Source of the DNA: Eledone cirrhosa
Lineage: Eukaryota
Direction of reading: 5' to 3'
Length of the DNA: 64,000 nt
Assembly: GCA_964016885.1 (NCBI GenBank)
Contig: OZ024740.1
Span: forward strand, 368,900,001-368,964,000
Positions 1 to 13,813 of this stretch are shown here, piece after piece (position 1 is the stretch's first letter; every line of letters begins with the position of its first letter). The translations under genes were made by a program, and so were the position numbers. The notes beneath the pieces are model-generated. The model made no database searches and was not told the origin of the DNA. It saw only the letters and a program-made list of their open reading frames with translations.

Positions 1-542
1 ATACATACATACATACATAGAGAAAACATGCTGACTATAATTATAGAAAGAGGAAGGTAAAGTTATGTTGTAGCAGTATTTTGAAATGTTCTTGGATTTA
101 GGATCAAGTGATGACAGCAGCTGAGAAGAGATAAGTTTATGGGTTGATGAGGTACTTACAGACATTAGTGTGGATAGAACTAAGAAGGCTAGAATGTACT
201 TACTAGAATGCACTAGATTATATTTCTGTGGTGATTCGTGCAGAGTAGTGGGTATTCTAGTTGAAAGCTATGTTACGTCGGTTCGATTCATGGAGATTTA
301 AATCTTATGAATTTAGTGGCGATATAATGTCTGCAGAAGATAGATCTTTCTAACTTGTTGTTAAGTAGCCTTTTTACATTTCTCAGGATATATAGTAGTT
401 CTAGATCACATAGCCCACAATGGGACATACCTGTACTGTAGGTTTTAGCAGCCGACAACCTCGACCAGTTGATACTGTAGCTAGTGTTGTTGTCCTTCAG
501 TTCCCATATTTTTTGGCCGAGGGTTGTATGTGCATGTGTTTT

Positions 543-593
<51 letters not shown>

Positions 594-1100
594 CCTCCTT
601 AACCTCTGTATTAACTTGCCCATTACTTAGCTTTGTTAGTGTTGTCTTATACATGTATGTTATTGAGGATGAGAACAATAGACAGCAATCTCATCTAATA
701 TAGACCACACAAGTTCCACTACAGTGATAAATACTTCATCGGTCAGATAAAAACCGACTATTACGGCCACCTGACCTACATTGTTTAAAAACACCAGCTT
801 ATCTTTACACTTTATATAATACACCCTACGACAGTTTTTACATGTCAATTTTATACATCTGCCTTATTTCAGCTAGTTTTACACGCTAAAACATAGATAT
901 ACTATACTTCCCACCTAGATTGATGTTGTGATTATTTCAAATAATTTATTGCTAGCATTGTTGATATTGTTGTTATTGTTCTAACTGAATGCCCTTACTA
1001 CTACATACAGTAGCCTGTATATTCTTTTCATGCCTGTATATTCTCTTCATTCTCGCAAGCTCCGATGAACTGACTGGTTATAACTTTGTATTGGCGATTA
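1..1100. mobile_element. Inverted pair of fragments of HHR-bearing repeat family C (Penelope-like terminal repeat)
   Basis: 40-170 matches 45160-45290 in the same orientation. 598-1100 matches the reverse complement of 44600-44975 and 61995-62280. It ends in a half hammerhead (gctCCGATGAactgactggttata, ~1058-1082) cut off by the next insertion. Confidence 0.6.
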
Positions 1101-1119
1101 TATATTTACATACATGCAC

Positions 1120-1650
1120 ACATATATATATGTACGTATGGATTGACCGAACATTTATTATAATGCTTGGTGTGTTTGTAAACAAACATCTCGTATTAAG
1201 CCGTAGTGTCCAGCAACCATCGCTGAGTAGCCCAATTTGCATATCGAGTGCGTTAATCGGCCGATATGCAAATTGGGCTACTCAACCGTTAATATGCATA
1301 AGGTAAGTATATACGTTCAACAATCTGGCAGGAAGGTATACGTTGCTGACGATAGCTAATAAGCTTGAAACTAGTACAGCGTTCCTTTGTCAGTGTAGAA
1401 CAAACGAGCAACGATGGTTGCTGGACGCTACGGCTTAATACGGGATGTTTGTTTACAAACACACCGAGCATTATAATAAATGTTCGGTGAATCTATACGT
1501 ACATATATATATATATATGTGCATGTATGTATATATATATAGAAACTACTGTACGTATGTATACATATATGTATGTACGTGTACATACTTATATTTAAGT
1601 AACAGCCGTACTAAGAGTGGGAAATGAAATCTCGTTTCATTTTTTCCGTT
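1120..1650. mobile_element. Small fold-back copy of HHR family B
   Basis: 1125-1222 is the inverted repeat of 1410-1505, with an internal hairpin at 1224-1285. Homologous to 23205-23530 and 24070-24390. Confidence 0.75.
1340..1382 (+). ncRNA. Type I minimal hammerhead ribozyme (family B)
   Basis: acgttg-CTGACGA-tagctaataagctt-GAAA-ctagTA-cagcgt: stem I, core, stem II and the palindromic stem III ACTAGT. Confidence 0.8.
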
Positions 1651-1682
<32 letters not shown>

Positions 1683-1687
1683 CATAC

Positions 1688-1774
<87 letters not shown>

Positions 1775-1800
1775 CATACATATATATGTATATATACATA

Positions 1801-1854
<54 letters not shown>

Positions 1855-1870
1855 CATATATCTGTATGTA

Positions 1871-1936
<66 letters not shown>

Positions 1937-2125
1937 GATAAATCTACCAAAAGTTTACGGTAGTGTCCAATCCGTATGAAGAACTCAATGTAATCCGGAT
2001 ATCATGAACAGAGAAGATGCATTCAAAAACTACTTTCGGTGAAAAATAAACGGAAAACAGAGTCAAGATAAATTAATAAAATAATGAATAAGCAAAGAAT
2101 CAGTTCCTTATATTAAAAATAAATT

Positions 2126-2265
2126 CATCATTTTACGATCGTTTCTAGGATATATATGTGTTAGAGTTGGTATGCATATTCTATAGATCTATGTACAATA
2201 TTTATACAAACTATCAGAGGGAATATACATACCTACACATATATATGCTGTCTTCAAAAATAATA
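2126..2265 (-). ncRNA. Hammerhead ribozyme, family A, long stem II, core mutated (TTGAAGA)
   Basis: Reverse complement reads ttattt-TTGAAGA-cagcatatatatgtgt...acacatatatatccta-GAAAcgatcGTA-aaatga. Confidence 0.6.
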
Positions 2266-2942
2266 ATATTTGTTTATTGAAAATAACAAAGATTCAATAC
2301 AATAGGTCTGCTTGGGAACAGGATTTTAATTGATCAATCAGGAGATAGTGAGGGTCAAGGTAGTAATATAGTATTAGAAGAACCTTAAATTATGGTTAGA
2401 GGAAGGTAGATTTCAGTTTTGGATGGAAAAGAATATTATGAATGAAGGATTATTTTAGGGAAGAAATAGGTCTTATGCTGACCTCAGAAATAATTTTATT
2501 TGTTCATTGAATAAAACCAACAAAGATTTAATATATTCTGTCGGTTTGGTAAGAGGTTTAGAATTAACCAATATAAAGTTAATAATTGGCCAAATGGTAA
2601 AATAGTAGTAATTGAAGCTTATTTTAGGGGTGAAAATAGGTCAGATGGTGAGTAAAAGGTATACAAGCAGTTGCTGTTATAAAATAGTAATGCCAATACA
2701 AATATCTAAGGTGACCAAAGTTTTAAGATAAGAATGTTAGTGAAAGAAATACATCTATGAAAAGAATATAAAATTAATTTAATTGATGGGTATATTTATA
2801 TTGATAAAATTATACTAATACATATAGATATGATAAGTAAGAGTTAGATGCAGTTGAAAAGTGCTGTTAAAGATAAGGGGAAATTAAAAGACTATGAAAA
2901 TAATATATATATATACATATATATATACACATATATACACAT

Positions 2943-2981
<39 letters not shown>

Positions 2982-3213
2982 TACACTTATATATATATAT
3001 ATATATATATATATGTAGATAAATCTACCAAGAGTTTACGGTAGTGTCCAATCCGTATGAAGAACTCAATGTATTCCGGATATCATGGAAAGAAGAGATG
3101 TAATGAAAAATCACTTTCGGTGAAAGATAAACGGTATACAGAGTCAAGATAAAATATTAAACAAATAATGAATAAAACAATGAAACAGTTCCTTATATTA
3201 AACAAAAAAAGTT

Positions 3214-3364
3214 CATTATTTAACGATCGTTTCTAGGATATATATGTGTTAGAATTGGCATGCATATTCAACAGATCTATGTACAAAATTATACAAAATT
3301 ATACAAACTATCAAGATTAAATATACATACCAAACACACATATACGCCGTCTTCAGAAATAATG
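3214..3364 (-). ncRNA. Hammerhead ribozyme, family A, long stem II
   Basis: Inverted copy of 9795-9945. Confidence 0.75.
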
Positions 3365-3987
3365 AAATATATTTATTGATAATAACAACAATTCAAAATT
3401 TCAGGTCCGTTTGGGAACAAAATTGACCAATGAAAATACAAAAGGTTTTATGCAGTTTGGTGTGTGTATATACATGTAACTACCCCGTACACATATTTAT
3501 ACAAAGATGTATGCTCAACATGCATACGCATGCCAAAAAGATGCATGCAAATACAAAATTTCAAGGTTAATGTCTCTGTAAGTTTATAATGCACAGATAA
3601 GATGCGTATAGACACATAAATATGAAATAAGTGTATACACATATTCTCATACTCACACATATCCGTACACTCACACACACGCGCGCGTATATGCATAAAC
3701 ATACACATAATTACGAACATACATACACACACACACCCCCACACACATATATATATGTGGATATAATATTATCATAAGCACATGGATATTAATTCACTCA
3801 CATAAACACTGCCACACACATTTAGATCAAGATACAGAAATTAGGTGGGAGGGGGGGAGAGGTCAGTATTCAACGGTTTGGGCTGACTGCTTATTTATAG
3901 ATGTATCTATAAACTAAGAAATAAAAAATAAAAATTAAAAAGGAAAGAAAAGAAAAAGAAAAAAGAAAAAAGAAATATATCAAGAAA

Positions 3988-4054
<67 letters not shown>

Positions 4055-4142
4055 CACACATCTACACTTAGAACACACATACACACACATATATAAACAT
4101 ATACATATACACACATACACACATATACACACATACATATAA

Positions 4143-4175
<33 letters not shown>

Positions 4176-4401
4176 TACACATATAATCACACATACATAT
4201 ATAGACACACATATATATACACATACACGCACATATACATACATATACATACTTATATACATACAGATATACACATACATACCTATATATACACACAAAT
4301 ACATACAGACATACAGACATACATACATACATACACACAAATACTTACGCATCCATATATCGGTATATACATACAAACACCACTAGAATTTCTAACCACT
4401 G

Positions 4402-6210
4402 ATAGAGTCATCCCACAAATAAGAAAACACGTTATTTTACCACTCTGGGAAAACACCTCCCAGGTAATTAACTGGTTTAAAAATATTAGATGTAAATCTT
4501 CTGCTTCATTTCTACAATTTGATATAGATAATTACTATTCTTCTATATCACCTATACTCCTGAACAAAGCATTGATATTTGCTAAAAATAGATCTAACTT
4601 AACTTTGGATGACATTAATATTATTACACATGCTAGACTAACACTTATTGAATTTTAGAATGAATACTGGACCAGAAACACATATAGTAATCTATTTGAT
4701 ATTACTATGGGTTCAAGCGATTCCGCCCAAATTACTGATCTTGTGGGCCTCTTTCTCCTTTTCAACATAAATGCCTCCTTTCCCCACCTCAAAGGTGGTT
4801 TATATCGTGATGACTGTCTTCTTCTTTCTAACAACCTTAGCCTTTCAGAAATTGAAAAAAACAAAAAACATATTAGAACTTTCCTTAAAGACTATTATAA
4901 TCTTCATATTACATTTGAAAAAAACAAGTAAAGTAGTAAATTTCCTAGATATAACTTTAGATTTAGCTACGGGTATCTACCAACCTTACCATAAACCAAA
5001 CCAAAACTTACATTACATACACTCACAATCTAATCACCCTAAATCTATCCTTAAAAACCTTGCATATAATATATCACTTAGAATTTCTAACCTTTCTTCT
5101 AACCAAGATGTATTTGATAAAAATGCGACCTTCTATAACGAAGCTCTAGATAGAAGTGGCCACAAAAATAGATTAGAATATATACCTTCTACTAAAAATA
5201 CTAAAAGCATACAACCTAATATTACCAACAAACACCAAATGAAAAGTACACACCTAAATGCCACCCACACTATACCCCAAAATACCAAATCTTCTAATAT
5301 AAAATATAGTAACTCTCAAAAAACTACTCATCATACAACTCTAATAAATATTAATAATAAAACTCCTAATAAAAAAGATAAAACACCTAAATCTACAAAT
5401 ATAACTAAAAATGGTTGTGGTGAGATCATTAACATTAATCCTCCTAGTAAACATCACGATACAACCTATAAAAATAATAAAAATAATAAACAACATAGAA
5501 ACCGTAATAGACGGGTTACTTGGTATAATGCTCCATTTAATTTACAAATTAAGGATAATATTGCTAAAAAATGTTTTTATATCCTAGAGAAAAACTTCCC
5601 GCCAAACCACAAATACCATCAAATCTTAAATAGGTCTACAGTTAAATTCTCATACTCAACAACAAATAACATAAAACAAAATATAAGTGCCTATAATGCA
5701 TATAAATGTAAGAAAACCATAAGTATACCACCAGTACATCAAATTAACCATAATATCTCCTCAAATACAGAATTAACGAAAGGTTGTAACAGTAGAAACA
5801 AAGCAAACTGCCCATTAAAAGGGAATTGTCTTGTTAACAACATAGTCTATAAATGTAATGTTAAAACTAAAGATTCTATTTGCTCATATATAGGAGCTAC
5901 CTCTAACAATTTTAAGACAAGGTTTAATACCCACAAGCATAGTTTTAAAAATGCCGCACTGGCTAATACAACATCTCTAGCAGAAAAAATCAATAGTTAT
6001 AAAAATAAGAATATAGAATATGATTTGACCTGGAGTGTGCTCAAAAGAGCCACCCCTTATCAAAATAATAGAAATGAATGTAGATTATGTTCCCAAGAAC
6101 TATTTGAAATAATGAAATCTAAGGATATCCTATTAAATAAACGACAGGAATTAATTATATCGTGTAATCATAAACTAAAAACAACATTTAAATATTATAA
6201 ACCTAATTAA
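4402..6210 (+). pseudogene. 5'-truncated Penelope-like (Naiad-type) RT + GIY-YIG endonuclease ORF
   Basis: RT motifs FLQFDIDNYY, ITMGSSDSAQITDLVGLFLL, GGLYRDD and VNFLDITLDL. EN motifs CPLKGNCL..IVYKC..YIGAT..FKTRFNTHKHSF..CRLCSQE..LLNKRQELIISCNH. One stop at ~4656 and a frameshift at ~4920. Confidence 0.9.
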
Positions 6211-6702
6211 TAACATTATTTTAGAAATTAATTTAATTTAAATGTTAGTTAACCTATAAATTTAATTTAATTAAAATTCTACTACAGATGAGAATATAAA
6301 ATATTGTGTAATCATAAATTGTGAAAAACCTTTAAATATTACTAATATATACTTAGTAATTTAATTTATAGATTAATTTTAATTTATTTAAACCTTTTAT
6401 TAAAATTCCTTTACAGATAAAATATAACAAAATATCGTGTATCCAATGACAGAGAAATAATTTTTAGTATTATAGACCTAATTAATATACATTTTAGAAA
6501 TATATTTATAATTTGGTTTTAAATTTAGTCAACCTAAAAATTTAATTTAATTGGCTTAAAATTAGTATCCTTATACAGACGGATTGCAGAGTGTCATGTA
6601 ATCATAGAATGGGATGTGTTTTGGATGTATACCTAGTTAATATATTCTTTGCAATTTTTGAAAAAATATGTATATGTATGTATGTATATGTATGTGTATG
6701 TA

Positions 6703-6783
<81 letters not shown>

Positions 6784-7170
6784 ATGTATATGTATATGTA
6801 TTAATTTTGATTTCTATTTGCATATAATTATATTCTGCTATTGATAAAATACAATATCTGTTTTATTTATTATATACCTAATTAACATATACTATAGAAA
6901 TTAATATATAATTTTTAATTTAGTTAACCTATAATTTATATTCTACTACCGATGTAATACTTTATTTGTTTTTTCCCTATTACTAAATTCATTTCCTAAT
7001 ATTGATACCATAACGTTAATAACTTTAATTTAGTTATACTATAATTAGTACTCTACTACTATTTAACTTCAAAATTCTGCTTCAAATATTATAAACCTAA
7101 CTAATTTACACCTTAGAAATCAATATGTTAACTATCTTTAGTTTAGTTAACATATAATTAATGGTATACT
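6190..7170 (+). repeat. Degenerate AT-rich tandem repeats (~110 bp) starting at the ORF end of the PLE
   Basis: Recurrent ttataaacctaattaa..ttagaaatt..tttagttaacctataa..ttctactac units. A clean ~113-bp duplication occurs at 10417-10630 and 12295-12510 in copy 2. Confidence 0.65.
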
Positions 7171-7449
7171 TATTTTGAAATGCATAATTTTGCCTTATTT
7201 CTTGTATTTCCTAACACTGAAACTATGTAAAAACATATATTGGGATCCAGATACAGATAATATTCTATGTTTCTTGAAACATATATTTACTATAATCCCC
7301 TTCTCCACCCCCCCCCCTTTCCCCCATACTATTATCATCTGTGTTTGTAAGCGTGTATGTATGAATATATATGTAGGTAGGTGTATATATGTTTGGGTAT
7401 TTATATCTGAATATAAAAATACATATATGCGCATGCAAATAAGAATGTA

Positions 7450-7463
7450 AGATTGTGTGTATA

Positions 7464-7494
<31 letters not shown>

Positions 7495-7780
7495 GTGTAT
7501 ATATGCATGTGTATATATATGTGTATATGTATATATATATATATGTGTATATGTGTATATGTGTGTGGGCGTGTATGTGTGTGTGTATATATATATATAT
7601 ATATGTGTGTATGTATGTGTATATATATATGTGTATATATATGTATGTCTCTCTATATATATGTCTATCTTCGTATCTATGTGGGTATATGTGTGTATGT
7701 ACATGTATGCACATGTATATGTTTATGTGTATATGTGTGTATGTGTATATATGTACGTGTGCGCACATATATATATGTGA

Positions 7781-7818
<38 letters not shown>

Positions 7819-8427
7819 GTATATCTATGTGTGTATATATGTCTATATTCGTATGTGTATATATATATATATATTATTTATTATTATAATATAACTTATG
7901 TGTATGTGTGTATATGTGAGGGTGTGTATATGTATATATATGTATATATATGTGTAAAAATATATATGTGTATGTGTGTTTTTTGTGTGTGTGTATATAT
8001 ATGTATGTATATATGTGTGTATGTGTGTGTTTGTATGTGTGTTTATGGTTGTATGTGTGTGTGGGTGTATATATATAAATGTATGTGTATATATATATAT
8101 ATGTGTATATGTATCTCTATTAATGTGTGTATATATGTATATGTATATACCTTTTTCTTTGTATGTCTGAGTTGTGTGAGAGTGTAGTGGTGTTTGTATG
8201 TATATACGCATATATGGATGCGTATGTATTTGTATATATGAGTATATGTAAGTGCGTATGTATGTATGAATATATATCTATGTCTATGTATGAGTTTATA
8301 TGTGTGTGTATGTATGTTGTGTGTGTATGTATGTATGTGTCTATGTGTGTATATATATATATATATGTGTGTATATGTATGTATGTATGTGTATGTATGT
8401 ACATATATGTCTATGTATATGTGTATG

Positions 8428-8478
<51 letters not shown>

Positions 8479-8969
8479 TTATTTTATATATATGTGTGTG
8501 TGTGTATGTGTGTGTGTGTATATATATCTTTATATATGTGTATGTGTATGTTCGTGTAGGTGTATGTGTGTGTATGTGTGTATGTATGTATATGTATGTG
8601 TGTGTACATGTATGTATGTGTATGTATATATATGTGTGTATATGTGTATGTATATATATATATATATATATGTGTATATATATATATATATGTATATGTA
8701 TCTCTATTTGTATGTGTATATGTGTATAGGTATATACCTTTTTCTTTGTATGCCTGAGTTGTGTGAGAGTGTAGTGGTGTTTGTATGTATATACCGATAT
8801 ATGGATGCGTAAGTATTTGTGTGTATGTATGTATGTCTGTATGTATTTGTGTGTATATATAGGTATGTATGTGTATATCTGTATGTATATAAGTATGTAT
8901 ATGTATGTATATGTGCGTGTATGTGTATATATATGTGTGTCTATATATGTATGTGTGATTATATGTGTA

Positions 8970-9002
<33 letters not shown>

Positions 9003-9090
9003 TTATATGTATGTGTGTATATGTGTGTATGTGTGTATATGTATATGTTTATATATGTGTGTGTATGTGTGTTCTAAGTGTAGATGTGTG

Positions 9091-9170
<80 letters not shown>
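7450..9170. repeat. Complex (TA)n/(TG)n microsatellite tract within the PLE 3' region
   Basis: Alternating purine-pyrimidine sequence; source of spurious YIYI/VCVC ORFs. Confidence 0.95.
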
Positions 9171-9171
<1 letters not shown>

Positions 9172-9794
9172 TTTCTTGATATATTTCTTTTTTCTTTTTT
9201 CTTTTTCTTTTCTTTCCTTTTTAATTTTTATTTTTTATTTCTTAGTTTATAGATACATCTATAAATAAGCAGTCTGCCCAAACCGTTGAATACTGACCTC
9301 TCCCCCCCTCCCACCTAATTTCTGTATCTTGATCTAAATGTGTGTGGCAGTGTTTATGTGAGTGAATTAATATCCATGTGCTTATGATAATATTATATCC
9401 ACATATATATATGTGTGTGGGGGTGTGTGTGTGTATGTATGTTCGTAATTATATGTATGTTTATGCATATACGCGCGCGTGTGTGTGAGTGTACGGATAT
9501 GTGTGAGTATGAGAATATGTGTATACACTTATTTCATATTTATGTGTCTATACGCATCTTATCTGTGCATTATAAACTTACAGAGACATTAACCTTGAAA
9601 TTTTGTATTTGCATGCATCTTTTTGGCATGCGTATGCATGTTGAGCATACATCTTTGTATAAATATGTGTACGGGGTAGTTACATGTATATACACACACC
9701 AAACTGCATAAAACCTTTTGTATTTTCATTGGTCAATTTTGTTCCCAAACGGACCTGAAATTTTGAATTGTTGTTATTATCAATAAATATATTT

Positions 9795-9945
9795 CATTAT
9801 TTCTGAAGACGGCGTATATGTGTGTTTGGTATGTATATTTAATCTTGATAGTTTGTATAATTTTGTATAATTTTGTACATAGATCTGTTGAATATGCATG
9901 CCAATTCTAACACATATATATCCTAGAAACGATCGTTAAATAATG
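9795..9945 (+). ncRNA. Type I hammerhead ribozyme, family A, ~115-nt stem II
   Basis: cattattt-CTGAAGA-[tatatgtgt/acacatata; ttggtatgtatatt/aatatgcatgccaa]-GAAAcgatcGTT-aaataatg, with an 8-bp stem I. Confidence 0.78.
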
Positions 9946-10071
9946 AACTTTTTTTGTTTAATATAAGGAACTGTTTCATTGTTTCATTCATTATTTGTTT
10001 AATATTTTATATATATATATATACATATACATACACATACACACACACACATACACACATATATACATATG

Positions 10072-10105
<34 letters not shown>

Positions 10106-10121
10106 CATATATATATATATG

Positions 10122-10159
<38 letters not shown>

Positions 10160-10608
10160 TACATACATACATACATATATATATATATCGACACATACAT
10201 GCACACATACATACACATATATATACACACACATACACACTTACACATACATATAATTATTGGGGGGGGGGAGATTACATTTGTTAGTGAGAAATAGTAA
10301 ATACATATAGTTTTCAAGGAACATAGAGTCATAACCTGAAGTTAAAGCATTATATATGTTTACTTAATGGTATCAGTTTTAGGAAATGATATTTGTAAGA
10401 AGGAAAGCAAAACTATGTAGTTCATCAGTAGTAGAATATTAATTATAGGTTAACTAAATTAAAAATAGTTTATATATTAATTTCTAAAGTGTATATTAAT
10501 TAGGTTTATAATATTTAAAGCAGAATTATGTAGTTCATCAGTAGTAGAATATTAATTACAGGTTAACTAAATTAAAAATAATTTATATATTAATTTCTAA
10601 AGTGTATA

Positions 10609-12130
10609 TTAATTAGGTTTATAATATTTAAATGTTTTTCTCAGTTTATGATTACACGATATTATTAATTCCTGTCGCTTATTTAATAGGATATCCTTAG
10701 ATTTCATTATTTCGAAAAGTTCTTGGGAACATAATCTACATTCGTTTCTACTATTTTGATAAGGGTTGGCCCTTTTGAGCACACTCCAGGTCAGGTCATA
10801 TTCTATATTCCTCTTTCTATAACTATTAATTATTTCAGCTAGATATGTTGTATTAGCTAGTGCGGCATTTTTAAAACTATGTTTTGGGGTATTAAATCTT
10901 ACCTTAAAACTGTTAGAGGTAGCTCCTATATATGAATAAATTGAGTCCTTAGTGTTAACTTTACATTTATATACTATGTTATTAACAAGGCAATTTCCTT
11001 TTAATGGACAGTTTGCCTTGTTTCTGCAGTTACAACTTTTCGTGAATCCTGTATCTGAGGAGATATTATGGTTAGTTTGATGTACTGATGGTATACTCAT
11101 GGTTTTTTTACATTTATATGCATTATAGGCACTTATATTTTGTTTTATGTTTTTGGTTGTTGAGTAGGAGAATTTAACCGTTAATCTATTTAAGATTTGA
11201 TGGTATTTGTGGTTTGGCGGGAAGTTTTTCTCTAGGATATTAAAGACATTTTTTAGGTATATTATCCTTAATTTGTAAATTAAATGGAGCATTATACCAT
11301 GTAACTCGTCTGTTACGGTTTCGAAGTTGTTTATTGTTTTTATAGGATGCATCCTGATTTTTATTAAGAGAATTATTCTCAATGACCTCTCCACACACAT
11401 TTTTAGTTAGATTTATTGATTTAGGTGTTTTAGCTTGTTTATTAGGAGTTTTATTATTAACATTTATTAGAGTTGTAGGATGAGTAGTTTTTTGAGAGTT
11501 ACTATACTGTATATTAGAAGAGTTAGAGAAACTTGGTTTTATGTTGGTATTTTGGGGTATAGTGTGAGTGGCATTTAGGTGTGTATGTTTCATTTGGTGT
11601 TTGTTGGTAATATTAGGTTGTATGTTTGTAGTGTTATTGGTAGAAGGTATATATACTAATCTATTTTTGTGGCCACTTCTAGCTAGAGCTTCGTTATAAA
11701 AGGTCGCATTTTTATCAAATACATCTTGGTTAGACGAAAGGTTAGAAATTCTAAGTGATATATTATATGCAAGGTTTTTAAGGATATATTTAGGGTGATT
11801 AGATTGTGAGTGTATGTAGTGTAAATTTTGGTTGGGTTTATGGTAAGGTTGGTATATACCCGTAGATAAGTCTAATGTTATATCTAGGAAATTAACTACT
11901 TTACTTGTGTTTTCAAATGTAATATCTAGACTATAATAGTCGTTAAGGAAAGTTCTAATAAGCTTTTTATTATTTTCTATCTCTGAGAGGCTAAGGTTTT
12001 TGGAAAGAAGAAGACAGTCGTCACGATATAAACCACCTTTAAGGTGGGGAAAGGAAGCATTTATGTTAAAAAGAAGAAAGAGGCCCACAAGATCAGTAAT
12101 TTGGGCAGAATCGCTTGAGCCCATAGTAAT
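10609..12130 (-). pseudogene. 5'-truncated Penelope-like (Naiad-type) RT + GIY-YIG ORF, frameshifted
   Basis: ITMGSSDSAQITDLVGL, GLYRDD and CNCRNKANCPLKGNC..YIGAT. Close paralog of 4402-6210, with a frameshift at ~11250. Confidence 0.9.
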
Positions 12131-12839
12131 ATCCTGGAGTGTGCTCAAAAGGGCCACCCCTTATCAAAATAGTAGAAATGAATGTAGAATATGTTCCCAA
12201 GAACTTTTCGAAATAATGAAATCTAAGGATATCCTATTAAATAAGCGACAGGAATTAATAATATCGTGTAATCATAATCTGAGAAAAACATTTAAATATT
12301 ATGAACCTAATCAATATACACTTTAGAAATTGATATATAAATTATTTTTAATTTAGTTAACCTGTAATTAATATTCTACTACTGATGAACTACATAATTC
12401 TGCTTTAAATATTATAAACCTAATTAATATACACTTTAGAAATTAATATATAAACTATTTTTAATTTAGTTAACCTATAATTAATATTCTACTACTGATG
12501 AACTACATAATTTTGCTTTCCTTCTTACAAATATCATTTCCTAAAACTGATACCATTAAGTAAACATATATAATGCTTTAACTTCAGGTTATGACTCTAT
12601 GTTCCTTGAAAACTATATATATTTACTATTTCTCACTAATAAATTTAATCCGCCCCCCCCCCCAATAATTATATGTATATGTAAGTGTGTATGTGCGTGT
12701 ATATATATGTGTATTTATGTGTGCATGTATGTGTGTATTTATATATGTATATATGTATGTATATATGTGTGTATATATATATATATATATGTGTGCATAT
12801 GTATATATGTGTGTATGTGTGTGTGTGTGTATGTGTATA

Positions 12840-12877
<38 letters not shown>

Positions 12878-13632
12878 TGTATATATGTATATATATATAT
12901 ATATATATATGTGTATGTGTATATATGCGTATATATATGTATATATATATATATAAGTATATATATATATATATATTATTTTCATATTCTTTTAATTTCC
13001 CCTTATCTTTAACAGCACTTTTCAACTGCATCTAACTCTTATTTATAATATCTATATGTATTAGTATAATTTTATCAATATAAATATACCCATCAATTAA
13101 ATTAATTTTATATTCTTTTCATAGATGTATTTTTTTCACTAACATTCTTATCTTAAAACTTTGGTCACCTTAGATATTTGTAGTGGCATTACTATTTTAT
13201 AACAGCAACTGCTTGTATACTTTTTACTCACCACCTGACCTATTTTCACCCCTAAAATAAGCTTCAATTACTACTATTTTACCATTTGGCCAATTATTAA
13301 CTTTATATTGGTTAATTCTAAACCTCTTACCAAACCGACAGAATATATTAGATCTTTGTTGGTTTTATTCAATGAACAACTAAAATTATTTCTGAGGTCT
13401 GCATAAGACCTATTTCTTCCCTAAAATAATCCTTCATTCATAATATTATTTTCCATCCAAAACTGAAATCTACCTTCCTCTACCCATAATTTAAGGTTCT
13501 TCTAATACTATATTACTATCTTGACCCTCACTATCTCCTGATTGGTCAATTCAAAACCTGTTCCCAAACAGACCTATTGTATTGAATCTTTGTTATTTTC
13601 AATAAACAAATATCATTATTTCTGAAGACAGC

Positions 13633-13813
13633 GGTGGATTGGCAGTATCGGTAGAGGGTCGGGCGCCATGCTTTCCAGCATAGTTACGTCCCTTTACGAT
13701 CTGAGTTCAAATCCCTCCGAGGTTGACTTTGCCTTTCATCCTTACAGGGTCAATAAAATAAAGTACCAGTAATGCACTGGTTAATTGCTGGTCTTGTGCC
13801 TAAAGTAGAAACA
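13633..13813 (+). mobile_element. tRNA-derived SINE (octopus-type) with 18-bp TSD
   Basis: A-box-like tggcagtatcgg, B box gagttcaaatcc and body ending ttgtgcctaaagtagaaaca. TSD attatttctgaagacagc at 13615-13632 and 13814-13831. The site is empty in the homologous arm at ~2250. Confidence 0.9.

Larger units (their letters stand above)
3013..10005 (+). mobile_element. Penelope-like element copy 1 with inverted 5' pLTR arm
   Basis: 3150-4385 is a near-perfect inverted repeat of 8770-10005 (ORF-track peptides 3448-3744 and 9415-9711 are nearly identical). It flanks the RT+GIY-YIG region and is bounded by (TA)n. Confidence 0.88.

Noticed and set aside
1546-1950. Numerous YIYI/VCVC/ERER/LSLS ORFs throughout the window
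   Set aside because: Translations of dinucleotide microsatellites.
12000-12326. ORF appearing to fuse novel N-terminus to GIY-YIG tail
   Set aside because: Artefact of the inversion junction at ~12132: antisense RT joined to the inverted EN end.
12375-12510. Repeated ctactaCTGATGAac as hammerheads
   Set aside because: No downstream GAAA with a compatible stem III and stem I.
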